Shown here one piece after another: positions 23,375 through 35,330 of a stretch of 64,000 nucleotides of DNA. The notes under the pieces were generated by a model that saw only the letters and a list, made by a program, of their open reading frames with translations, did not search any database and had not been told where the DNA came from. The position numbers were made by a program, and so were the translations under genes. Every line of letters starts with the position of its first letter. The first letter of the stretch is position 1. This DNA comes from Leucoraja erinacea (Eukaryota): assembly GCF_028641065.1 (NCBI RefSeq), contig NC_073387.1:21886001-21950000 (forward strand). Direction: 5' to 3'.

Positions 23375-24528
23375 GACAATTCTTAAAGCTGTACTGCTCT
23401 CCTATATATTTAATGATGTGCAACCATAAAACGCCCTCTTTAAAAAGTAGCTTGAAGAAGGAATTTTCTTCCATTTAACTTCGAAAGTCGAGAGGGGGGT
23501 GTTCGTGAATATAATACTTTCAATTGGTCGATTGTTGAACCAACTTTCTGTTTAAAGTGATTGTTGTAGAAGTACATCGTCACGCCCAGGTCAAGCCAGG
23601 TTTATTGACACGTGCATGCATCGGCAAGCAGAGCCACTGCTGCAATGTAAATCTTGCTTGCAGTAGCTTCACAAGCACATGACACATCAGACCCCGACCG
23701 ATATTGTAGGAAACATGGAAAATAGGTGTCGGTGTGAGGTTTTGCGCAGGAATTCTGGTGGATTTTTGATTCTTATTTAACTTGAGATTTTTTGATTCGT
23801 TTTTCTGTAGTTTTTCCATTGATTTTGATAATGCAATTTATAACTAAATGAATGAATTACTAACTAATCCGCAGATTCGTTCTCATTTAAAATGAGCCCC
23901 AGTTAACACTAATCTCTTGGTACTACACTTACCGTTAAAAATGACCTTTTCAGTGGACATGTTCAGGTCATTGAACAGCTGTGGATTTTGGATGAAACCA
24001 ATTTGTTCTTTAAAAACGTGAAAAGTGGTAGACATGATCGTGAAAAATGCATATGGCATGGCTGCCTCCCTCAGCAGTGGTACTGATTGTAAGAGTTGAG
24101 ATCTAATGTAGGTGTATAAAATATTGCTTAGGCTGGATTTGAATTATTGGGTGCACGTCTGGTAAGCACAATATGTAAGTGATTGGGTTAACCCAGAGTG
24201 GGAGCAGGCCACACTCCAAAGAACGTTGCCAGGATGGGTGGGTATGTCATGAGGGGAGATTGTATAGGCCCGAACTGTATTCCCTGGATAGAACACTATC
24301 CAGGGAATACAGAGCGTGCTATGGCCCAAACACGAACGTCACGGATAGGGTGGTGGCCAATAGACATATCCAAATGTAAGACGCTCCAAAACTAGACGAT
24401 GGGTTTTAGGATCAGAAGGAGTACTTTTAAAGTCGACCGGGTGGCTAATCATTTCAGAACAAGGGAATATCGCATGCGGATTGAGATGACAGTTCAGGTG
24501 GTGGAGACGGGAACAGGTAAGTGTGTAA

Positions 24529-25135
24529 GAAGGAACTGCAGATGCTGGTTTAAACCGACGATAGACACAAAAACATGGAATAACGCAGAGAGACCGGCAA
24601 CATCTCTGGAGACAAAGAATGGGTGACGTTTCGTGTCGAGATCCCTTTTCAGACTTGTTAGAGATAAGAGAAACGAGAGGTAGACGATGCTGTAGAGAGA
24701 TGAAGAACAATCTGAATGAAAGATTTGCAAAAGAGTAACGATCATAAAGGCAACAGACAATTGTTAGCTGTTTGATGGGTGAAAACGAGAAGCTGGTGCG
24801 ACTTCGGTAGGGAAAGATAGAGAGCGAGGGAATGTCGGGGTTATTTGAAGTTAGAGAAATCAATATCCATACCACTGTGCTTTAAGTTGCCCAAGCAAAA
24901 TATGATATGTTACTCTTCCAGTTTGCATTTAGCCTCACTGTGACAATGGAGGAGACCCAGGACAGTAAGGTCTGTGTTCGAAAGGGAAGGAGAATTAAAT
25001 GTTTGGCAAGCGGGCGATCAGGTAGGTTCAGGCGGGCTGAGCGAAGGTGTTCAGCGAAACGATCGCCCAGCACCCATTCCTTCTCTCCAGAGATGTTGCC
25101 TGTCCCGCTGAGTTATTCAGCTTTTGTGTATATTT
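24529..25135 (-). mobile_element. Penelope-like element fragment (paralog of 18128-18735)
   Basis: ORF 24882..25073 (LGDRFAEHLRSARLNLPDRPLAKH) matches the Penelope GIY-YIG C-terminal region. pLTR with degenerate hammerhead motif at 24621-24654; inverted pLTR piece; same TSD. Confidence 0.8.
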
Positions 25136-27060
25136 CAGCTAAGTATGTAAAAGATACTTAATTTGTAGGGAATTGATGGATACGGAATTAATGCAAGGGT
25201 GGAATTAATACAGATAAACATGATGGTCGGCGGAGATTCGATGTAACGAATGGTTTGTTTCTATGTATGAACAACACCTCGGCACACAAGAGTGCAAAGC
25301 TAAACCGAAATGATAACAGACACGAGTGGCGTGTCCATATGGAAGATGACACGCTATTTTTCAAACGTGCGCCTTTGCTTTCCCCTTGTTCCAACAGTGC
25401 TGGAAATCAGAAAAACAAAGATTAGCTAGCGTGAAATTGAGAGTAAAAATGTTAAACAAACGGGGAAAAACCTGTTTAATTCATGCAGATTATACCCACG
25501 TGTGCTACAATGCAATGTTACAACCATCTTTCAGTGTCTCCAAAACAATGTTACCACAGTAGGAAGACTAAATGTTTACATTATATTGACGGACGAGCAA
25601 GCAGGCCACTGCTTCACCGGGAAGAATTTGGCGTTCTGTACGCTGGAAGGGAATTGGTGAAAGAACGAAAGTTACACGTTTTGTGGTTTCATTGGAAACT
25701 GGCAAAGGATGGTGAGTGGCCAGTACGGTCAGATGAGTATATTAGGGACTGATGGATGAGTGATCATTTTGAACTGCTAAACAGGCAGGGAAAGGGAATC
25801 TGCACTCAGACGGAGTTGTGTTTAAATTGAGGTAATTTGCATTGAATGTGAACGTTTGTGAGTGGAAGATAACACATGGGAAACCATGTTCTTGTTCCAT
25901 CTGGGAGGGGGGGGGGGGGGGGGGGTGTTGGGAACCGATCCCTTCCTGATTACTGGGCATGTTTGTAGTAGCTTACATAGGAGCAAAAACACAATTTGAA
26001 CCGCACGGTTACACCTGCTACTACTTTCGCCCGTTTTTCTCCTCCCTTTCAGACACAATTCATTTATTCCATTAAAACTCACCTGTTCCTCACTTGTTCA
26101 ATTAAATCCAAACTAAAGTGGTTTTACTTGTTCCTCAGCGCCCGTTCCTCAACATAGAATGCTGCTGTTCCCCGCATGTGCAACCCAACGTGCTCTGTTT
26201 CCAGTCCCTCTTCCCATGCCGGCTGCCATTTTAATAACTTCCTTTTTTTTTGCCAATCCTCATTTTTACAATGGATGGCGTCCCTGTGCATTTTAATTCC
26301 GCATCAGGATGACATCAAGGCATTTTGATTCATCTAAAAATGGAGATTCAGCTAGTTCTCTCTAACCTGTGCTCTCCCCCACAACAAGCAACTGCCAAAA
26401 ATCCCCTCCTCAACTGGATCCAACTACCACTTGATATAGTTTGCTCTAAGCCTTCCCCTCGTCTATTTGTAACAACAATGCAAATTTCCGGTGGTCTTGA
26501 TGGGCTCGACACCAAACGTCATCTGCCTGTCTCTCTCCACGGGTGCTGCCTGACTCACTGAGTTCCTCCAGCCAGTCGTGCCCATAATTTCAACTTCTTT
26601 CATGAATTTCATATACATGAGCTTAATTATTTCCTTCATATATTGATTATTATTATAGTTCCATTCATATTTGTTGTACCACGAACTAGCAACAATCCGT
26701 CCAGAATGCATGGGTACGCAATCAATAACCCCTTCAACGCAACATGTTAACACTTCAGCTAAGTAAGTGGTTCCATGTACCCAGATCATTTATGATTGAC
26801 TAAATGGCAACACGTTTGTGCACATTATCCAGCGGCAAACAGAAGGACTGCCTTCAGAAATTAAATTTGCAATTTCAAGATGTTTTCATTCCAGTTTTAT
26901 TTTTTTCAATTACAACCGTACTCCCATTTAAGCGACAGAGAAAAACAATGCAACAAGGGTAAGTTTTCTAAACAATGCACTGGCACTGATTAACATCCTC
27001 AAGCAGCAATAAAATGGCCGCATATAAATTGGCATTCTTCAATTTACGTACCAGTGTTAT

Positions 27061-29445
27061 TTAGCTTTGGGCTTGAGAGGTGGGAGCGTCGCGGGGCTTC
27101 AGGAAGAGAAAATCGCTTTTCGCTGACTCTGGAGACAGACAGACTGAGTATTGATTCAGTTCTGCCCCCCGGACTTCCCGGCCCGTCCCAGGATAACATA
27201 ATGTGTCCTCCATAGCTGGTCTTCCATTAAACGTGCCGTGCGAAACCCCATGATTGTAACAATAACTAGGGGAGTTATACTCTTGGATAATATTTCTGTT
27301 CTGTTTACACTTGATGCCAATCAACAGAATGATGATCAGAAGAAATATCACGGAAGTGCAACTGAAAATGACGATTAAATAAACGTTTGGATCAGAGAAA
27401 TATTCTGGATTCTTCACCAAGGTACTGCTTTCGCTGATTCCTTCAGTGTTGTTTCCCAAAACTCTAATGTTTATTGTAACTGTGCTGGACAGGCTTGGCT
27501 GCCCATTGTCCTTAACCAAGATGACTAGAGTTTGTAAAGCATTATCTGACTGGAAAATATTGCGCGCTGTTCTGACTTCTCCGGAATGTTGTCCAATGTT
27601 ATACAACCCGGGCTCGGTAGATCTCACTATCTGATAAAAGAGCCGTGAGTTCTGACCAGAATCTGCATCAGTTGCCATTATCTTGCTGACCAAGTACCCT
27701 TGACCTGCTGACCGGGGTACGGTATCCACTGCCGCCCATTCACTCTGTTCTGAAGGTGAAAAAATTACCGGCACGTTGTCATTTTGATCCAGGATGATCA
27801 CATTCACCGTGACGCTGCTGCTCAACGGAGGCACCCCGGCGTCACGGGCCTGTACATGGATCTGGAAGTTCTTGAGTTCCTCATAGTCAAAGGATCGCAG
27901 CGCGTAAATGGTACCGTTCATTGAATTAATGGAGAGGTAAGTGGACACTGGCATGTTTTGGATATGATTATCGAGAAAGTAGTAGGAAAGATAGGAATTT
28001 TGATCCAGATCGTGATCTGTTGCAGTTACTGTGAAAATGGATACACCCGGAGCGTTATTCTCCATTACATATACGTTGTAGGATGACTCCGCGAATTGCG
28101 GTGCATTGTCATTTACGTCCGAAATAGCAATATGGATGGTTTTATTTGATGTTAGAGAAGGCGACCCCAAGTCCCAGGCTGAAATTACAATGTTATACTC
28201 AGAGATCGCTTCACGGTCCAACGTTTCACTGGTGACTAATTTATAGTGGTTTGATATCCTTTGCAGTCGAAATGGGACGTTCTTTTGTATCTCGCAACGT
28301 ACTTGGCCGTTCGGTCCAGAATCACGATCCATCACATTAATCAGACATATAAAACTTCCTGGTGGAGTATTTTCCTGGATTTTGTTGGAAGCTGATGTCA
28401 CCTTTATCTCAGGTGCATTATCGTTCACGTCAATTACTTTGATCAATATTTTGGAGTGTCCTGTCATTGCAGGGGAACCGTGGTCCTGGGCTTGAATATC
28501 GAGAGAATAGGTGTTTACTTCTTCAAAGTCTAGAGGCCCTTTAACTAGAATCTCCCCAGTGCGTGGATCCAAACTGAATACATGTTGCACTCCTCGCAAA
28601 GCAACATCATTGAAACGATATGTCAGCTCCTCATTCATCCCTTCGTCCAAATCATTCGCTTGTACATTCAGCACCAGCGTACCCCGCGACGCGTTCTCAC
28701 TTACGCTGCTTCTGTAAATATCATGGTCGAACACAGGTGGATTATCGTTCTGGTCGAATACCGTAATCAGAACTTGTGTCGTAGCTGATCTCTGAGGGGT
28801 CCCACCGTCAAACGCAGTAAGCATGAGTTGAAATGATGATTGCATCTCTCGGTCCAAAGATTTCTCTAACAGCAATTCGGCAATTATGATACCGTCTTCG
28901 GATTTCTGTGTTACTAGACTAAAATACTCATTGGAACTGATTGTATAGGCGGCCACGGTATTTGTACCAATGTCGGGATCATCCGCGCCCTGGAGTCGGA
29001 AACGTACACCGGATACACTGGCTTCCGATATCTGCAAGGCAATGCTGCTTTGCGGAAAAGTGGGGGAATTGTCATTTACATCAAGAATCTCCATATCGCC
29101 GTCATACACCTCCAAAGGGTTTTCCAGTATAATTTCGAAACGTATAGTACATTGATCATTCTGCCCACAAATACGTTCCCGGTCGATTCTTTCACGAATA
29201 GACATGATTCCATTGTCCAAACTAATCTTCATGCACCGCCCTCCATCATCGGAGCTCAGCCGGAATTTGCGAGCTGACAGTTGCCGTACGCTCAGGCCCA
29301 AATCCACAGCGATATTCCCAACAAATGCCCCTTGCTCCATTTCCTCGGGAATAGAATAACGAATTTGCCCGGAGATTAGTCCCGGTGCACAAATCGCAAA
29401 TATGCAAGCAAACGGAGTGACGGCAAACCTCGGTAGGTACGCCAT
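27061..29445 (-). CDS. Clustered protocadherin gene G5, intact (794 aa)
   Basis: Full ORF from ATG 29445: signal peptide, six EC repeats, TM, tail ending PTSQAQS*. Confidence 0.95.
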   Translation of the reverse strand: MAYLPRFAVTPFACIFAICAPGLISGQIRYSIPEEMEQGAFVGNIAVDLGLSVRQLSARKFRLSSDDGGRCMKISLDNGIMSIRERIDRERICGQNDQCTIRFEIILENPLEVYDGDMEILDVNDNSPTFPQSSIALQISEASVSGVRFRLQGADDPDIGTNTVAAYTISSNEYFSLVTQKSEDGIIIAELLLEKSLDREMQSSFQLMLTAFDGGTPQRSATTQVLITVFDQNDNPPVFDHDIYRSSVSENASRGTLVLNVQANDLDEGMNEELTYRFNDVALRGVQHVFSLDPRTGEILVKGPLDFEEVNTYSLDIQAQDHGSPAMTGHSKILIKVIDVNDNAPEIKVTSASNKIQENTPPGSFICLINVMDRDSGPNGQVRCEIQKNVPFRLQRISNHYKLVTSETLDREAISEYNIVISAWDLGSPSLTSNKTIHIAISDVNDNAPQFAESSYNVYVMENNAPGVSIFTVTATDHDLDQNSYLSYYFLDNHIQNMPVSTYLSINSMNGTIYALRSFDYEELKNFQIHVQARDAGVPPLSSSVTVNVIILDQNDNVPVIFSPSEQSEWAAVDTVPRSAGQGYLVSKIMATDADSGQNSRLFYQIVRSTEPGLYNIGQHSGEVRTARNIFQSDNALQTLVILVKDNGQPSLSSTVTINIRVLGNNTEGISESSTLVKNPEYFSDPNVYLIVIFSCTSVIFLLIIILLIGIKCKQNRNIIQEYNSPSYCYNHGVSHGTFNGRPAMEDTLCYPGTGREVRGAELNQYSVCLSPESAKSDFLFLKPRDAPTSQAQS

Positions 29446-29679
29446 GTTCCGTGATCAGTCAAAGTCCAACTCTAGGTATTTCTCCGTGTAAATAGTCCAA
29501 GCACAATAAAATAATTCATATATATTCCCAATACCGAATCGAAACAGATGGGATATCTATCCTCCTCAGCCTTTTTCGGCAATCGAAACGCAGGCACTCC
29601 TCGCCTTTCTCGTCGCGTCTGACGTCTTTATTCTGGGATGTGGGCGGGACAATGGATCCATCTATGTACTTGAGCTTTT

Positions 29680-29724
29680 CATTGGTAGACAGCGACACGA
29701 CCAGTTCTTTTGCACAACTGCAGC
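29680..29724 (-). promoter_or_regulatory. Pcdh promoter CSE, G5
   Basis: CATTGGTAGACAGCGACACGACCAGTTCTTTTGCACAACTGCAG. Confidence 0.8.
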
Positions 29725-31314
29725 TACAATTCTTAAAGCTGTACTGCTCTCCTACACATTTGATGGTGTACAACCATAAAACGCCCTCTTTGAAAAGAAG
29801 CTTGAAGAATGTTTTTTTTTCATTTAATGTCGAAATTCACATCAGGCACGTCGGAAGTGGGTTATCCTCAGAACGTAAACATGTTTTGTCGGTTCAGTCA
29901 AAAGTCCACAACGAATAAATAAATGGCATCGTTATTTTTATGATGCAACATATCATATCGGATATACAGTATTTGCTTACACATGTTTGACCCCTTACAA
30001 TCACACCTTAGGGCAGTAAGAAAATATAAGAAGATAGCACAAAAAGCTAGAGTATAACTCACCGGGACGGGCAGCATCTCTATTCATATAACGACTACAT
30101 AATTTCCCTTCTTTGATAAAATTATTTCATTATCACTTTCCAAATTTTGGAGAAGGTGTTCGTGAACATAATACTTTCCATTGACCAATTGTTGAACCAA
30201 CATCCTCTTTAAAGTTATTGGTGGAGAAATGCATCGTCACGTCCAATACAAGCCGAGTTTATTGACTTGTGCATGCATAGGACGCAGAGGTACGGCTGCA
30301 ATATAAATCTTGCATGCAGCAGCTTAACAAGCACATAATTTGCTTGTTGTTGGAAACATCCATGGAAATTTTGTGATTTTTTGAATTCTTATTTAACATG
30401 AGATTCTATTTTTCTTTTTTCTTTTTTACGTGACTGGTTGTGTTACTGCAATTTGCAACTAAATTACTGAATTGTCCATTAATCTGCAGATTTGTTCTCA
30501 TTTTTTGTCAATCCTCATTTTTACAATAGACGACGTCGCTTTGCATTTTCATTCCGCATCAGGATGACATCAGGGCATTCTCGTTCATCTACAAATGGAG
30601 ACTCAGCCAGTTCTCCGCAACCTGTGCTAACCTCCACAAGAAACAACTGCGAAAAATCCTCTCCTCACCTGGATCCAACTACCACTTGATACTGTTTGCC
30701 TTCTCTATGCAGAACGGACCTCTCCACCAATCATGACGGGCTCGACACCAAACGTCATCTGTCTGTTTCTCTCCACAGGTGCTGCCAGACTCTCTGAGTT
30801 TCTCTAGCCAGTCGTCCTCACAATGTCAGCATCAGGCATGAGTTGTGTTGCAAAAAAATGGGCTTAATTATTTATTTCGCCTGTTGATTATTATTATATG
30901 TATATTTTGTGGCACGATCTATCAAGAATTCTTCTAGAATACATGGCTACCCAATCATTAAACTCTTCAACGCAACTTTCGCACATTAGTACTTTCATCC
31001 ACGTAAATGGATCCAGGTACCCAAACCGTTACGTAATAGGTTAAATGGCAACGCGTTTGTGCGCATTATCCAGTGACAAACAGAAGGACTGACTGCCTTC
31101 AGAAATAAAACATGCAATTTCAAGATGGTTTCATTCGAGTTGCAGAACATTTTACTCTTTCAATTACAACCGTACTCCCATTTAACCGATAGAGAAAAAC
31201 GTGCAACAAGGGTAAGTTTTATAAATATTTCACTCGCACTGTTTCACATGCCCCGGCAGAAATAAAATGGCCGCATACAAAATTGGCTTTCTTCAATTTA
31301 CGTATCAGCGTAAT

Positions 31315-31927
31315 TTAACATTGACCTTGAGAGGTGGCAACACTACATGGCTTCAGTAAGAGAAAAATCGTTTTTCGCTGACTGGAGACAGATTTACCGA
31401 GTATTGATTCAGATCTGGCCCGCGGACTGCCCGCTCTGTCCAAGGATAGGGTAACATTTCCTTCATCGCAGATCTTCCATTAAACGTGTCGTGCGAAACC
31501 ACACGATTGTAACAGTAACTGGGGGAGTAATACTCTTGGATAATATTTCTGGCCTGTTTACACTTGAAGCCAATCAATAGAATGATGATCAGAAGACAGA
31601 CCACGAAAGTGCAACGGAAAATGACAATTAAATAACCGTTTGGATCTGAGAAATATTCTTAATTCATCACCAAGGTACTGCTTTCGCTGATTCCTTCAGT
31701 GCTGTTTTCCAAAACTAATGTTCATAGTAAATGTGCTGGACAAGCTTGGCTGTCCATTGTCCTTAAGCAAGATGACTAGAGTTTGTAAAGCAGTACCTGA
31801 CTGCAAAATATTGCGCGCTGTTCTGATTTCTCCAGAATGTTGTCCAACGTTGTACAAACCGGGGTCGGTAGATTTCATAATCTGATAAAGGAGACGTGCG
31901 TTCTGACCAGAATCTGCATCAATTGCC
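31315..31927 (-). pseudogene. Pcdh relic F1 (part of EC6, TM, tail only)
   Basis: ORFs 31696..31878 and 31353..31604 give Pcdh EC6/TM/tail peptides in different frames. At ~31927 the sequence jumps into upstream spacer DNA, so EC1-EC5, the start codon and the CSE are gone. Confidence 0.9.
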
Positions 31928-33753
31928 CTTCATATCACGACTACATAATTTTCCCTTCTTTGATAAGAGTATTTCATTATCGCTTTCCAAATTTTGGAGA
32001 AGGTGTTCATGAACATAATGCTTTCAATTGGCAAATTGTTCAACCGACTCCCTGTTTAATGGAAGTGATGTTTGGGGAGAGGCATCCTCACGTCCAAGTC
32101 AAGCGAAGTTTATCGACACGTACATGCATATGAAGCAGAGGCAATGCTACAATGTAAATCTTGCTTGCAGCAGCTTTGCAAGCACATGACCCAGCAGACT
32201 CCGACAGATGTTTTGGAAACATAGAAAATAGATGTCGGTGTGAAGTTTGGCGCGGAAAATTTGTGAATTTTCGAATTCTTATTTAACTTAGGATTCTCAG
32301 TTTCGTTTTTTCTTTTTTCTTAATTTGTTTTATTACCGCAATTTGCAATGAAGTGACTGGATTACCCATTAATCCGCAGAAGTTTTGTTCATTGAAAATA
32401 CTCCCTAGTTAACATTAATCTCGTGGTACCACACTTTGCGTGTAAACAAGTATTTTTAGTGAACGTTAACACGGTGGTCCAAAGTACTTGTAATGTGGTT
32501 AGACAATTGAAGTTTAATTTCTGCTCCTCGATTTTGCAGTGGATGTTCAACGTCATGCACGATCCCGGCAAAATTTGAATGGGACAAGTTTTTCATGACG
32601 TAGAGGATAGAATCTCTAATCAAACTAAATGGTAATGTTCTCCATTGGTTGAAAATGTTCTGGAGATTTCTGAAGCCACACTTGGGTTATTGGATATCAA
32701 TTCCATATCATTCTCAAGTTAGCGCTGGGTTTCACCTTTTATATTCCATAACCACACAAAAGTTTTACAATGTCTGAACCACGCGCTCCCCGATCAAATC
32801 AAATTGCAATAAAATTCAATCAACCGAATAATTGTAATAAAATCTGCAAAATAAAAACGCAAACATCACGAAAAGCTACAGGTGAGATGATGGATAATTC
32901 CTTCCACCAACCAGGAAGCATGCTGTTTTCGCAATTTAGCAATTAACTGATAAGCAGTCAAAAGCGCAACAGTGTCATGTGCAATAACAACTACAAATGC
33001 TGAAAACACTGATCGATTCAGATATCATCCGTGGAAAGAAATACAATCAATATTTCGGGGCTTGGCTGCTTTATCTGAACGATGCATTATTAAAAATAGT
33101 TAATTTTTCAGTAAGTTTAATGATGGGAAGTAAAGGAGAAAAAAAAGGAAAGAGGCTGATAGGACAAATTATGCTTCGTTGTTTCTGTGGTGTGTGGCTA
33201 ATAGCAAGGGAATGGGACATGTTCAGGTTATTGAACAGACGGGGATTCCGTCTGAAATAAATGTGTTCTTTAAGACTGTGAACAGTGGTGGACAGGGTCT
33301 TACCGACGACATTTGGCACGGTTGTCTCCCTCAGCAGCGGTACTGAATGTAAGAGTCGAGGTGTAATATCTTTGAATAAAACATTGGTTAGGCTGAATTT
33401 GAATTATTGTGTGCACATCTGGTATGCAAAATATATAAGTTGTTGGGTTAAGCCAGATAGGTAACAGGCCGCACTCCAAAGAACGTTGCCATGATGGGCA
33501 GGTTTACGTCATGAGGGGAGATTGTGTAGGCTAGAACTGCATTCCCTGGAGTGAACATAGCTGATCGGTGCCATGACACAATCACGAGCGACAGAGACAG
33601 GGTAGATCTCAGGAAGGTTGCAACTTGTCCATTTGGAAGATGAATGCTGTTTCTCAAGCGTGCACCTTTGCTTTGCACTTGTTCCAACAGTGTTGGAATT
33701 CAGAGGCAAAAATAAAAAATAGTGTGAAATTGTGAACGGAAGTGTTAAACAAA

Positions 33754-33793
<40 letters not shown>

Positions 33794-33858
33794 ATCAGTT
33801 TAATTCCTGCAGACTGCACGCACGTGCTCTACAATGCAATGGCACAATCTTCTTGCAG

Positions 33859-34897
33859 TAGGTATGTTACAAAACCTACCTGAATCGTGTCTGAGAATCT
33901 GCCCCACCCCTTGTGTGTGATTTTGCCGCTGTTTAGAGGGGGCGGGTTTAAAACGCGATTTTTACTAGGCTGTTGCAATCGAAAATGTTCAGCCTAGTAA
34001 ATCATTAACGTAAAATCGCTGAAAGACCCCGTCGCAAAAGGTATTATTAGTTTTTATGGCCTTGTATAATAGTTATAGTAGTTTAAAAACCACTCTCTAA
34101 ACCCGCGACCTCTCGCAGCCCCACGGTTTTATAAAGCAAACAATTAAAGGTATGTACCTTATTTTTACATTAAAAGGGTCTTCTTAAGAACCCTGTATAT
34201 AAAGTTTTCTATAGCGAATAGTTCATTTTGGGCTCTTTATATCCTGCAGTATTTTTCTGGGCATTTGGGGGCACAAATCCACTGCAATGTGAACGTTCTA
34301 AACCAGCGCGTTCACAGGAACCCACTAGAAAGCCGATTTAAATTGACTTTAATTTACAGCAATTGAACACTAAATTCCTTCCATTTGGCCTATAAATTGA
34401 TGTAAATGAGATTTAAAAATCATGTTTTATCGTGAATTATTTGTGAATATTATTTGGACACTTAGGCTATTTAAAAATGTTAATCATTTATTAAGAAATG
34501 GATAGATGTTTAGATCTAGTAATTGAAGTTTGAAATTAGCTACAATTGGGTAACTAACTAATTATATGCTTTAATTTCAGGTCCTCCAAGTAAGATTATT
34601 TTATATTTGTTTCAGAATGGTTCAATCTATGATAACTGAAAATTTCACTCAGTTCTCTTAATTTTTAAGAAGGTTATGGGCTTTTGACTGTCCTCAATCA
34701 CAGCTTTTTTGTTATGTCCATAGAAAATCAATAGGGAACAAGATGCTAATTTCCGAGTATGAAAATGGCCATAACGTTTTTATTACTTGAGATATGAAAG
34801 TGAATTAGGTGTCAAATTAAACTTATTGTTATGCTTTATCTGGTGGGATAAATTGCAGACTTGATTTTTTAAATCTCAAAATGTTGTAACATTGCTA
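33859..34897. mobile_element. Non-autonomous DNA transposon (1039 bp), imperfect 16-bp TIRs, 7-bp TSD CTTGCAG
   Basis: Left end TAGGTATGTTACAAAA; right end reverse complement TAGCAATGTTACAACA. CTTGCAG on both sides (33852-33858, 34898-34904). Empty site TCTTGCAGTGTCTC in the duplicate at ~57871. Confidence 0.9.
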
Positions 34898-35330
34898 CTT
34901 GCAGTGTCTCAAATACAGTGTTACCACATTGGGAAGACCAAATACTTACATTATACTGACAGAAAGGCAAGCAGATCACTATTCCACCGAGAAGAAATTC
35001 GGGTCTTGTATGGTGGAAGGGAACTAGTAAAATAAACGAACGTTACACGTTTTCTGGTCAGTTGACTACCATATAGCTCGATGAAAAACTGTTACATTTG
35101 AACTGCTGAACAGACAGGGAAGGGGGTATCTACTCGGTGACGGAATTGTGTTTAAATTGAGGTAAATTGAATTAAATGTGAAAGTTAGTGAATGGAGGAT
35201 TCAATAAGGAAATGCTGTCCTTGTTCCATCCAGAAGAGCGAAGATGCTGAGAACCGATCCCTTCCTGATTGCTGCGCGTGTTAGCAGTACCTTACCCAGA
35301 ACAAAAAAACACAATTTGAACCTCACGGTC

